In this document: positions 30,064 through 40,179 of the stretch, one piece after another | How positions within the stretch are numbered: the first letter of the stretch is position 1 | How the letters are laid out: the number at the start of each line of letters is the position of its first letter | NCBI GenBank assembly: GCA_965198175.1 | Contig: OZ240245.1 | Location: 3,072,001 to 3,136,000 of the forward strand | Reading direction: 5' to 3' | Source of the DNA: Candidatus Poribacteria bacterium | GTDB taxonomy: Bacteria > Poribacteria > WGA-4E > PCPOR2b | Length of the DNA: 64,000 nt | Notes under the pieces: generated by a model | What the model saw: the letters and a program-made list of their open reading frames with translations, nothing else | The model's database searches: none | Told to the model about the DNA's origin: nothing | Translations under genes and position numbers: made by a program

Positions 30064-31908
30064 GTGAGTGTTTCAAGATCTATTCCCAAAAGGAAGGTAA
30101 TCGGTTCGGTTCAAGTCGAAACGCCACCAGTGGAACATGTGGTGAGAGTAGATCTAGTCTACCACCAACTGTGCCGTGCTGATGACTTTGAGGAACTTAA
30201 AGGCAAACCGTATCATGTCAATGGTACTCACCTCGCCATCTTCAAGTTTGACGGTAAATTCTTCGCGGTTGATAATCGCTGTCCGCATATGGGTTACCCG
30301 ATGTCTAAAGGCAGCCTTCGGGATGGCGTACTTATCTGTCACTGGCATCACTGGGAGTTCGACCTAAAATCGGGCGGCTGTTTTCAAGCGTTCGGCGACG
30401 ATCTGAAAGCATTCCCTGTCGAGTTGCGTGATGACGGTTATCTCTACGTCGGGCTTGCTCGCGGGGAAAAGGTAGCCGCTAAACGTCGAGTCATTGACCG
30501 TGGCAAGCGGGCACTGGAGCGAGGACTCAAGGACCAAAGCCCCTTCTTCATTGCGAAGGCGGTTGCGGCGCTGCAAGGCGCGGGAGCATCCCCGCAGGAG
30601 ATCATCCAACAAGGTCTATATTACGGGGCACACAAAAGCAGCGAAGGTTGGTCGTCCGGTGTTACGATTCTCACACTCGCAGGCAACTTGTGGAACGAAG
30701 TTGACCCCAAGGATCTCAATCTCTTTCTCGTGCATGGTCTCGTGCAGGTTAGCCGAAGAACGACGGGGAGTTCACGCCCATATCGTGCGCCTTTCCCACG
30801 TGTAAGCGAAGAGCATGACCTCACAACACTCAAGCGGTGGTTCCGCTATTTTGTTGACAAACGGCACCGAGGCGCAGCAGAGCGCATCCTATTGACGCTC
30901 AACGACCGTGAGTACGGAAAGTCAATCATCGCTGATTTCGTTTTTACCGCAGCGACCGACTTCTACTTCACCGGTGACGGTCATGCACTCGATTTTGCGA
31001 ATAAGATGTTTGAGGCACTGGATTACGTTCAATGGGAAGGGGCTCATGAAATCCTACGCCCGATAATCATCGATTTGGTCAGTAGGACTCGGCATGAAGA
31101 AACGTCCCGATGGGCTGACTCGGTACCTGTCTTAGAATCGGTCTTCTCACGAATTCACGACATCTGGCAGGACAACCGTGCAACCGAGGCATCGCTTGAC
31201 ATATCCGAATTTTCGAAGACGCTGCTTGGAGATGATTTCAGACCGATTGTCGCGGCAGTTGAAGCGAAACTGCGCGCAGGAGTCAGACCTTCCGACATCT
31301 GTCGTGCGATGACCTACGCGTCAGCTATTCGCATTGCGCAGTTCCACCTAAAAAATGAGGGAGATTGGCACGATGTAGCGAACATCTACTCGTATGCCCA
31401 TGCCCTCTACTGTGCATTCGATTACGCACCGAGTGCAAAACTCTTGCGCGGCATCTTTCACGGTGTTGTCTTCCTCACGTATCTCCGCTGGCTCAACATG
31501 CCCGCCGCACGTATGCCGCAACCCGGGCAACGGCTGGATGAAACATATGATTCCGTGAAGCAGATATTAGACCGGCTTCAAGAATTGGCGGACTTTCAGA
31601 AGGTCTATGAAGCAGAGGTATTGGTGAACCAGTATCTCGAAGAGGGACACGACATTGACAAACTCAGGCAGACGCTCTGTCATGTTTTGCTTCGTGAAGA
31701 TGCAGAACTACACATGTTCCAGGTGCTTGAAGTCGCCTTGAGACACTTCGACCTGTCAGACGATCCGGAGGAGAAGCGGATACATCTCTTGGCAGCCACA
31801 CGCTATATCACTGCACAGAAGCTGATGAAGAACATCCTTTGGTCAACGGAAAACGCCGAACGCCTTGCACGTGGCGAGCTACTCAGTGAGCGTGACGATG
31901 ATAATTAG
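30064..31908 (+). CDS. Rieske [2Fe-2S] ferredoxin fused to a large helical domain
   Basis: CPH...CHWH Rieske motif followed by about 470 aa of helical sequence with His/Glu/Asp clusters. Confidence 0.88.
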   Translation: MSVSRSIPKRKVIGSVQVETPPVEHVVRVDLVYHQLCRADDFEELKGKPYHVNGTHLAIFKFDGKFFAVDNRCPHMGYPMSKGSLRDGVLICHWHHWEFDLKSGGCFQAFGDDLKAFPVELRDDGYLYVGLARGEKVAAKRRVIDRGKRALERGLKDQSPFFIAKAVAALQGAGASPQEIIQQGLYYGAHKSSEGWSSGVTILTLAGNLWNEVDPKDLNLFLVHGLVQVSRRTTGSSRPYRAPFPRVSEEHDLTTLKRWFRYFVDKRHRGAAERILLTLNDREYGKSIIADFVFTAATDFYFTGDGHALDFANKMFEALDYVQWEGAHEILRPIIIDLVSRTRHEETSRWADSVPVLESVFSRIHDIWQDNRATEASLDISEFSKTLLGDDFRPIVAAVEAKLRAGVRPSDICRAMTYASAIRIAQFHLKNEGDWHDVANIYSYAHALYCAFDYAPSAKLLRGIFHGVVFLTYLRWLNMPAARMPQPGQRLDETYDSVKQILDRLQELADFQKVYEAEVLVNQYLEEGHDIDKLRQTLCHVLLREDAELHMFQVLEVALRHFDLSDDPEEKRIHLLAATRYITAQKLMKNILWSTENAERLARGELLSERDDDN

Positions 31909-32124
31909 CGCATTCCTACACTCTTTGTGCCAACCTGCACTTTTGAATCAATGAAAACCGAGTGGAGTGCGAAAGCAAACTATGGGCTCTCAAAATGGAT
32001 CAAGTCAATAATTTCATCCAGGTGATAACGTGTATGTTCACGCGGATTGCGGCAATGTAATCGTAATGGAATAGTTACGAGTGTGCTAAAGTGAGTTGCG
32101 ATTGAGAAAATAGGAGGAACCCCG

Positions 32125-32789
32125 ATGTCCTGCAAACGCTACCAACTCGTGATTTTTGATTTTGATGGCACGGTTGCAGACACAAAGGAGGGGATTGCTG
32201 AGACACTAAACCAAACGCTCATTCACTTCGGCTATGTTCCCGTCGCTCCTGAGCGAATATATGGATTAATCGGACTGTCTTTGGGTACGATTTTTGAGCG
32301 TATTGTAGGCCGGGAGATAAACAAAGAACCCGTCGAAACGCTGGTTGATTACTACCGGGAAATCTACGACTCCGTGGTACCACCGAAGACTAAGCTCTTT
32401 GGTGGAATTCAGGAAGTGCTCGACTATCTCCAGAAGACACAAACCCTAATTGCAATCGCCACAAGCAAGGGACTGCGTGGGGTCACAAGGATGCTTGACA
32501 CACTACGTATCCGCGATAAAATGTGCATGTATCATTACCGATCATTCTGTGGCCAAGAAGAAACCTCAACCAGATATGTTGCACCGTATCTTAAATGAAA
32601 TTGGCATTGAATCAAAAGACGCCCTGATCGTTGGCGACACAGTTTATGATGTGAAGATGGGGAAGAACGCCGGCGTGGATACGTGTGCGGTGACTTAATG
32701 GTGTGCACGGTCATGACGAATTGTCTCGTGAATTACCGACTTATCTTGTTGATTCCCCTAGGGAGTTACTAGAGGTAATTGTAGGATGA
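32125..32789 (+). pseudogene. HAD-family (phosphoglycolate phosphatase-like) hydrolase, doubly frameshifted
   Basis: IFDFDGTVADT and IATSK in frame 1; KKKPQPD and IVGDTVYD in frame 2 (shift near 32520); an extra A near 32697 hides the tail TYGVHGHDELSRELPTYLVDSPRELLEVIVG*. Confidence 0.85.
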
Positions 32790-32917
32790 GACCTGAGTTT
32801 GTTCAACATGATGTCGGGGTTGCATTTTAGGGGAGTTTCAACCTATTACCCGACGAAAAGGAGACTGTAAACTTTCCGAATCAGGACAGGAATGTCACTC
32901 CAATAGATTCTCGCGAA

Positions 32918-33949
32918 TTATCGCCAATGCAGATCGAAAAAATCGTGAGTGCTTGAGGTAATCTGCCGCATTTTGCCCGTGTCAACATCCAAAATAAAAA
33001 TCTCGGTAGATTCTCGTCCGCCCGATTCGTGCCCGATGAATGCAATCTGAGACCCGTCCGGACGCCATGTCGCATCCCGCCCCCTGTAAAAGCTAAGGTT
33101 TTGATAGCTCCTGAATCGTCCGTTCTCTACCGCGGCGACGCAGACTTTGCCCGACGTATAAAATAGGATCTGTTTACCATCCGGCGACCACTCCTCAATC
33201 TTGTGGCACGGTGGCTCGTCGTGTTGGAGAAACCATAATCCAGTTGCACCGACGACATCCGGTTCTGCCAGTGCAAGGAAGTGATTGTTAGTCTTAAACG
33301 CAATCCATTTGCGGTTCGGCGACCACTCGGGCCATTTAGTCTCCTCCGGCAACGCTTCAATCAATCTGTTTCTCGGTTCTTTGACCTTCTCGCCTTTCGC
33401 ATCCCAGTGACGCCATCCCTCTGCCCACCGGCGGGTTCTCCACCGCTTTGTTGATTCTCCGTCAATCGTTACAGCCCAGTTTTCCAATTGTTTCCTTGCC
33501 TGCTCGACTTCAACCGCAACAAGAACCGCATGACTTAACGGAGACCACCAGAAATCGTGAATGCGATATTGTGCCTTGACGATCCGCCTACTCTCAGCGC
33601 CGTCTGCCGTCATCACACAGAGCGATTCAGCCCCATCAACTCCGGAGATGTAAGCGATTCGCCCTCTGTCCGGTGACCATCGCGGTCTGCGAGAAACTCC
33701 ATCGTCTGTGAGTTGGCGGAAATTAATTCCGGTTGGATCCATCGTGCAGATATTATACTCATAGAACTCCCACCATTTAGTCGTCCCCCGACCTTTTTCC
33801 AACGTTCCCGTCGCAGCTCGGAATCAATCTTGATGCAGTAACGGCTTGCGGATGGCAAAAACCAATTTCCCGCCTCCATCTTGTGCAGGCACGACACCGC
33901 TTACCATAATGACCAATACGAACACAATCATCACACATTTCATGCGCAT
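32918..33949 (-). pseudogene. TolB-like PD40 beta-propeller protein with an in-frame TGA after its signal peptide
   Basis: ATG at 33949 gives MRMKCVMIVFVLVIMVSGVVPAQD...LHQD*FRAATGTLEKGRG, in frame with ORF 32918-33802 (PRWSPD, WSPN, WSPDG, WRPDG repeats); TGA at 33824-33826. Confidence 0.75.
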
Positions 33950-34129
33950 AAGATAGCCTTTCCGAGGACACAATGGGATACTCGCATCCCCATAATTCGC
34001 TGTAGGATTATTTCATCGCCCCTATAGAAAAGGTACTTAAAGGTAAAACCACTGCCGAGATCGACTCTGTAAAAGAATTGAGAAACACTGTTTCATGTTA
34101 GCTATACTGCAGTCTCTGTTGAATTGTAC

Positions 34130-37100
34130 TCAAACCGATTTGCGATAGAGAATCAGATGCTTGTAATCAATCGTCACCTCAAAAGCGGTCCGCAATCCAT
34201 CGACGTATGGGCTCCGCGCCGCGTCATCCCCATTGATGATCTCGATTGTAATCCGGGGAATTGGCTGAAATTCTCGCATGAGCAGATGATGTAGGACACC
34301 GATATATTCCTGCATTTTCGGGTCGTCGTGTGGTACTTTAAATCTCAGCGCTTTGCCATTTCGCTCTGATATCATCACAATTTTTTGGCCTTGATAGACC
34401 AAATGTGTGCTAGGAACTCGCTTGGGCGTCGTCCCCTTGATGACATCAAGTTGTATCCCGCACAATGATGCTGGATCAGCGGCATTCATCCAGAAAAGTT
34501 TATCTTCCGGAAGTCGTCGGCTTAATCTCCGAAACGCCTGATGTGAGATAAACTGTGGGCCCGGGATGCCATGAAAGAAACATCCTGCTAATACCTCGCC
34601 GGACAGTTCCATGATCCGCAATGATCGAAATATGTCCGACCAACGAAACGCGGGCAGCTCTTTCTGGAGCAATTCCCGGAACAAGATTCCGTATCGATTC
34701 AGCAACAGCCTTGCGCGGTCTTTCTTCCGCTCTTCAGCCTCAATGAGGTCTTCCGTGGGATCTAGGGTTGGTAGTCGGTGCCAATTGCCGATATAGGAAC
34801 TTGAACTCTTCCATCTACCAAATTCGGTGCGGTGGCTGAGACGACGGTGCCTGCTGTATCTTCTACATATGCCAACTTCTGGGTGTTTGAACTTGCTTTG
34901 TATCCCTCTTCGAAGTGACATAAATGTGTCGTTCGTTACGAGACCTGCCCAAACGAATTCCCAGAGTTGCTCCGTCAATTGGGTTGCACTGAGTGTTGAC
35001 GTTCGTAAAAGGGAAGCGAAATCGTAACGCCCAGTCTCGTCTGGAAACAGATTTTCGATTCCTCCGCTTCCGCGCGTATCCATACGTTGTGTCGGGGCGT
35101 CCATCTCCTTCGTGTTCTCACACTCAGCATCCGGCAGCTCATTTCTATCTTTCCCGTTTTCTTCCTGCATGAGGTCAAGATCCGGATCAAAGCAGAGTGC
35201 CACGCGTCGGTTTTCACTGCCAACCCACCGAAGGTCGCCTTCCATCATGATTGTATCAAGCCACGACGTGGTATAGGTGTGGAGTCGAGCCGGGAAAATC
35301 TCTGACTCCCAGAGCCCCGCTTGTGCCGGAAAACAAGCCAATTGTTCGATGCAAGCGAACAAGCTTTCGACATCGTCTGCCAGAGTTGTGAGTCCTTGGA
35401 AGTCGGCAAGAAAGAGCTGCAACCATTCAAACTCAAGCGGTTCAAATGTCGGAATCGCATCTCGTCGGGTCAGACGCAAGAGAATCTCGAAGTTGTCACT
35501 GTCGCAGATGGTCTCTCCGATGGTTTCCGCTACGAGTTGACCGGTGACAATCCTTTGCGAATCAACGAGGTCTTCGAGCAACGGTTGCAATCGTTCGCTT
35601 TCGATACCCAGCGTTTCTTGAATGAATTCGGCGGTTGTGGGACCATAGAATTGCAACCATTCGCCCAGCAGCGAGGTAACGGCTTGCGTGTCCCTGAAGT
35701 CGGTCTGTTCACTGTAATCGTCGAGTGAGATTGGATGTTCCCGCAGTCGATCTGTTGATTGATTGAATAGTTCAACATCAACCGCCTCTATATCGTCGAA
35801 TAAGGTGCGGATTCGGGGTATTGTTTCCACAGCAACGATCAACAGTTTGGAAGTTCGAGGGAGTCTTACCCGCACAAGTTTATCATCAACAGAGCTGAGG
35901 AGTTCGTCCAACTCGAGTTGGTGATCGTTATGGATAGCGTCCAGGAGAGCTCCCCATTCCGATGCGGGGATGATAAGCCGTTCCTTTACCCAATCGACCA
36001 AGTCGGGAGGTGTTTGTGGGGAATACCCCGGACTCAGTCGCTGACGCTTCTGTTCAAACTGTTGAGCAAGCACTTGCGTTACAGTCGGGCGTAATCCCGG
36101 CGTAAACACGACATCGCGCAGGAGATCGTTTCGGAGCATAGAAGTGTGGCTCGATTTGGCATAGTCGCCCATATACATATACTCGTTTACCTGTCGCCAA
36201 GAGGCATTTTGCGCCATCGGACTGGCATAGCGAGTATGCACCGCTGTCCAAGAGATTGAACCGGACTCAAGCTCTGCGAGCACCTGCTGTAGGCTGTCCA
36301 AATCGAACTCGTCTTGAAGGCAGGTACGCCACGTCTCAAGCAGAATGGGGAAATCCTCGTATTTCATCACCGCCGTCATTAATTTCTGCGATCGTAGGCG
36401 GCTCAACCAGAGGGGCATCCGTTGATTCATCTTGCCGGATGTCAAGAGTAATGAACAACCGGCGCACTCTCTGAATCTTGCGCTGAAGAATCCAGAACCT
36501 TCGAGCTGTTCTCTTAGGAGGGGTTGGAGCGCTGTGCTTGTTACCATTGACAGGAGTTCCTCCACAGGCAGATTATCTGGCAGCATCAGGACGATACAAT
36601 CGTCAGTGGCATGAATTTCCAGTTGATAGCCAAAACGCGCTGCCCATGCAGACGAAAGCGCTAACCCAAATGGTCGATTAACTTTGGCACCCCAGAAGGT
36701 GTGAATCACCACCTGATTTCCCGGCACACTGTCATGGCCCGTCGGGACCATTTCGATTAGGAGATGATGCCGATGTGGCAGGTCGCATCCCGTTGCTTGC
36801 TTCTGTCTTTTCAGAAAGTCGATTAGTTGCGCTGCTGCCGTTGTATCCATGCAATTTACCCGCTGTAGATCGTCGGCAAAGTCGGGGTCGTCCAGCCGAT
36901 CGTTCGCGGCTTCGAGAAAAAGGCCGACACGTTCCGAAAAGTGGAAGTCACGTCCAAAGTCTTCCGCTCGCCAAAATGGCGTTTCCTTCCGGTCAGATTT
37001 ATTTGGCAGGACAAATACATCGCTATGGCTCACGCGCTCAACCCTCCACGATTGCGTACCAAGCGTGAATACGCTTCCCTCTCCATTTTCCCAGACAAAC

Positions 37101-38686
37101 TCCTCATCAAGCTCGCCGATTCTGGCATTGGTCTCAAAGTGGCGCATATGAAAATATCCACGGTCAGGGATTGTCCCACCAAACATGTATACTGCTTGTA
37201 TCGCTCCCTTTCTAGATGATACTGTATTATCGAGCCGGTCAATTGAAACACGCGGCTTGAGTTCACGGATACGGCTGTTGGCGTAGCGCCCTGCCAACAT
37301 ATTCAGCACTTGGTCGAACTGCTCGCGACTGAGGAATCGGTACGGATAACTCGTCCTTAATTGCATATAGAGTTCATCAATGTCCCACGTCTCCATCGCC
37401 GCCATTGAGATGATAATCTGTGATAACACGTCGAGGGGACATTTGACAGGTTTGACGGCTTCGATTGACTGGTTGCCAATTGCGTCCGAGAGGACAGCGG
37501 CGTCAAGAAAGTCGCGCGAATGTGTCGGGAACACCGTAGCACGACTCACCTCACCAACCTGGTGACCTGCACGACCGATTCGTTGAATCGCCGAAGATAT
37601 TGAGAACGGGGATTGGATAAGCACAACTTCATCAAGCGCACCGATGTCAATGCCCATCTCCAGTGAACTTGTCGCGATAATCGCTTTCAATTCACCAGCT
37701 TTGAGTTTTGCTTCAACCGTTTCGCGAATTTCGCGTGAGAGTGAGCCGTGATGTGCGTAGGCGATCGGTTGATCTTCGTCGGCGTTAATCTTCAACGTCA
37801 ATCGCTCGCAGAGCCGCCTGCTGTTGGCAAAAAGGAGGGTTGAGCGGTTCCGGACGATAATCTCTTTAAAAGCATCAATCAGCGGATCCCAAAACGACTC
37901 GCGAGTCGGGTCTTCGGCGGCTACTTGGGGGAATCGTACGTGAACATCGTACTGCTTGTTGGCTTTGGAACATATAGTCGAGATGGATCTCGCTGTGTAA
38001 TGCGGGTCATGTACGTTGCCATCGGTTGTATATCCGCCGACAAACTCGGCGACAGTCTCCATCGGTCGAATTGTCGCAGACAGCGCGATTCGCTGAAATT
38101 CACCGGAAAGCCGCACAAGTCGGTCCACAGCGGCGATCAGATGTGTCCCTCGCTTTGTGCCGACAACGGCGTGAATCTCGTCGAGAATTATCGTTGAAAT
38201 CTCCGTCAGGATAGACCTGCCACTACCCGAGCTTAACAGAAGATTCAGGCTTTCAGGCGTCGTTATGAGAATCTCCGGCGGGTGACGCTGCATTTGACGG
38301 CGGTCTGACTGTGGCGTGTCCCCGCTACGGGTCAAGACGCGGATGCTGGGGAATGAATGTCCCGCGTCTTCAAAGACCTGTCTCAGTCCACGAAGCGGTT
38401 CAAGTAGGTTACGCCGGATGTCGTTGTTGAGTGCCTTCAACGGTGAAACATAAAGGACGCTTGTGTGCCCAATGGGCAATGCCTCCGTCACCAGTTGATT
38501 TATTGACCACAGAAACGCCGTCAAGGTCTTGCCGCTGCCTGTTGGTGCGGTGATAAGAACATGCTCACCATCAGCTATCTTCGGCCAGGCCTGCGCTTGT
38601 ACATCCGTGGGCTCTCCAATGTTGCCTGTAAACCATTTTTCAACCAGCGGGTGAAATCGAGGGGGAATGGGCAGACTCATGTGCAC
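34130..38686 (-). CDS. lhr: Lhr-like ATP-dependent DEAD/H helicase
   Basis: APTGSGKT, YVSPLKAL, LDEIH, LSAT, HHGSLS, TSSLEMGIDIG, QRIGRAGH, GGTIPDRG; 1518 aa. Confidence 0.93.
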   Translation of the reverse strand: MHMSLPIPPRFHPLVEKWFTGNIGEPTDVQAQAWPKIADGEHVLITAPTGSGKTLTAFLWSINQLVTEALPIGHTSVLYVSPLKALNNDIRRNLLEPLRGLRQVFEDAGHSFPSIRVLTRSGDTPQSDRRQMQRHPPEILITTPESLNLLLSSGSGRSILTEISTIILDEIHAVVGTKRGTHLIAAVDRLVRLSGEFQRIALSATIRPMETVAEFVGGYTTDGNVHDPHYTARSISTICSKANKQYDVHVRFPQVAAEDPTRESFWDPLIDAFKEIIVRNRSTLLFANSRRLCERLTLKINADEDQPIAYAHHGSLSREIRETVEAKLKAGELKAIIATSSLEMGIDIGALDEVVLIQSPFSISSAIQRIGRAGHQVGEVSRATVFPTHSRDFLDAAVLSDAIGNQSIEAVKPVKCPLDVLSQIIISMAAMETWDIDELYMQLRTSYPYRFLSREQFDQVLNMLAGRYANSRIRELKPRVSIDRLDNTVSSRKGAIQAVYMFGGTIPDRGYFHMRHFETNARIGELDEEFVWENGEGSVFTLGTQSWRVERVSHSDVFVLPNKSDRKETPFWRAEDFGRDFHFSERVGLFLEAANDRLDDPDFADDLQRVNCMDTTAAAQLIDFLKRQKQATGCDLPHRHHLLIEMVPTGHDSVPGNQVVIHTFWGAKVNRPFGLALSSAWAARFGYQLEIHATDDCIVLMLPDNLPVEELLSMVTSTALQPLLREQLEGSGFFSARFRECAGCSLLLTSGKMNQRMPLWLSRLRSQKLMTAVMKYEDFPILLETWRTCLQDEFDLDSLQQVLAELESGSISWTAVHTRYASPMAQNASWRQVNEYMYMGDYAKSSHTSMLRNDLLRDVVFTPGLRPTVTQVLAQQFEQKRQRLSPGYSPQTPPDLVDWVKERLIIPASEWGALLDAIHNDHQLELDELLSSVDDKLVRVRLPRTSKLLIVAVETIPRIRTLFDDIEAVDVELFNQSTDRLREHPISLDDYSEQTDFRDTQAVTSLLGEWLQFYGPTTAEFIQETLGIESERLQPLLEDLVDSQRIVTGQLVAETIGETICDSDNFEILLRLTRRDAIPTFEPLEFEWLQLFLADFQGLTTLADDVESLFACIEQLACFPAQAGLWESEIFPARLHTYTTSWLDTIMMEGDLRWVGSENRRVALCFDPDLDLMQEENGKDRNELPDAECENTKEMDAPTQRMDTRGSGGIENLFPDETGRYDFASLLRTSTLSATQLTEQLWEFVWAGLVTNDTFMSLRRGIQSKFKHPEVGICRRYSRHRRLSHRTEFGRWKSSSSYIGNWHRLPTLDPTEDLIEAEERKKDRARLLLNRYGILFRELLQKELPAFRWSDIFRSLRIMELSGEVLAGCFFHGIPGPQFISHQAFRRLSRRLPEDKLFWMNAADPASLCGIQLDVIKGTTPKRVPSTHLVYQGQKIVMISERNGKALRFKVPHDDPKMQEYIGVLHHLLMREFQPIPRITIEIINGDDAARSPYVDGLRTAFEVTIDYKHLILYRKSV

Positions 38687-39149
38687 TGCTCCTTCGTTGA
38701 TGTCATTGACCGATTGACTAGACAGAATCGCTAACTTTGAATGATGCGCGATATAGGCAAATACAAAGTCAAAATTACGCGCCTTTTTTCGATGAATGAA
38801 ACGGCGCTACGAATCTAGAAGGTACAGAAAAACGCGCAGTTAAAAATGCGATAGCGGTCTGAATAGAATTGGTTGTCCTTGGATGTATTGAAATGGATCA
38901 TATGAGGATATTGGAATTCTGTTGACTCAATTCTGGAATTTTGCTAGGATATTGTACCATAAAGGTCGCGTTTGCGATATTGTTCTGTAACGCCAGGGGA
39001 TGTGGTCGTGACCGCCGCCTAGATGCGACTAATTGCACCGTCAAGCCAGAGATTGGTGATTAGTCCGTGTAGAGAGCGGTTACAGTGAAGTGGCCGGTTG
39101 ATGTTAACCAACAATAGATGAAGACGGTCGCCGCCAACACCATACAATT

Positions 39150-40043
39150 ATGGAAATTGGCGGCATAAGGAGAACCGTTATGTCACGGGATTGGGTTCAT
39201 GTTGATGAAACGGACGAGTATCTGATTGATTATCTGTTCGATCTCAATGGATATATCATCTTGAAGAACGCGGTTCAGAAACAGGATCTTGAGGAAATGA
39301 ACCAGTGGATTGATTATCATTGGGATTATGTCGAAGGCAGACATCGCAATGCCGATCGAGATTCCGGCAACTGGATTGGTCATGTAGAAACACATACCTA
39401 CAGTGGCGCCGATGGCTGCAATTTCCAGAATATCATTGAGGGCGGTCCAGTGTTTCGAAGATTGATCAACTATCCTGCTTGGATAAATCACTGCCGCCGC
39501 CTTATCAATCCGACAAACAGTCTTTCGCTCCATGAAAATCTGCTGAATGTAAGGGGAAAGGGCGGATATATCGGCATTCATGGCGGCGGCGCTATTCCGC
39601 TCTGCTATTTGACATTCCGCCAAGAAAATACGGGGGAATGGATGGTCGGTCAGATAGATGTTATCGGTGCTTTGCAGGATGTGGGACCCGGTGATGGCGC
39701 GACGACCATTGTTCGCGGAAGTCACAAATCAGCCATGAAGCATCCCGTGCTGACCCAAGAGGGCTACCGCAGCGATGTAATTGCCGGCGTCCAGATTGGT
39801 ATGGAAGAAATCTATCTTGAAGCTGGTGATGCGCTGATGTTCACCGATGCGCTCACGCATGGATCCTCTGCAAGGACCAATGCAGGTTATCGTCGCACAC
39901 TTCTGTACCGCTATTCACCAGGATTCCTGCGAACCCGCTTTAATTACGTCCCTAGCCAGGCACTTATGGACGGCTTAAATGATGAGCAACGCACGATTGT
40001 TCAACCGATTCCTCCGCGTTTCGCCCCAGGACGAAGGTTATAA
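39150..40043 (+). CDS. PhyH-family Fe(II)/2OG enzyme with HxG motif
   Basis: YLFDLNGYIILKNA, IHGGG, GATTIVRGSHKS, AGDALMFTDALTHG, RRTLLYRY; probable start is the ATG at 39180 (RBS AAGGAG). Confidence 0.9.
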   Translation: MEIGGIRRTVMSRDWVHVDETDEYLIDYLFDLNGYIILKNAVQKQDLEEMNQWIDYHWDYVEGRHRNADRDSGNWIGHVETHTYSGADGCNFQNIIEGGPVFRRLINYPAWINHCRRLINPTNSLSLHENLLNVRGKGGYIGIHGGGAIPLCYLTFRQENTGEWMVGQIDVIGALQDVGPGDGATTIVRGSHKSAMKHPVLTQEGYRSDVIAGVQIGMEEIYLEAGDALMFTDALTHGSSARTNAGYRRTLLYRYSPGFLRTRFNYVPSQALMDGLNDEQRTIVQPIPPRFAPGRRL

Positions 40044-40179
40044 TCATTGTAACAGATGATTGTTTTGGATTCCTGAAGAAGATGGCAAATCTACGTCAAT
40101 AGTCATGCGATGGATGTGATAGATCAGATATTGGGAAATTTTTTAACAATACACACGTCGAACTAAAGGTATCGGCAGT

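Noticed and set aside
33824..33826. Alternative genetic code with TGA as a sense codon
   Set aside because: TGA terminates several intact genes here (ubiX, the TIR gene, the kinase), so standard code 11 applies.
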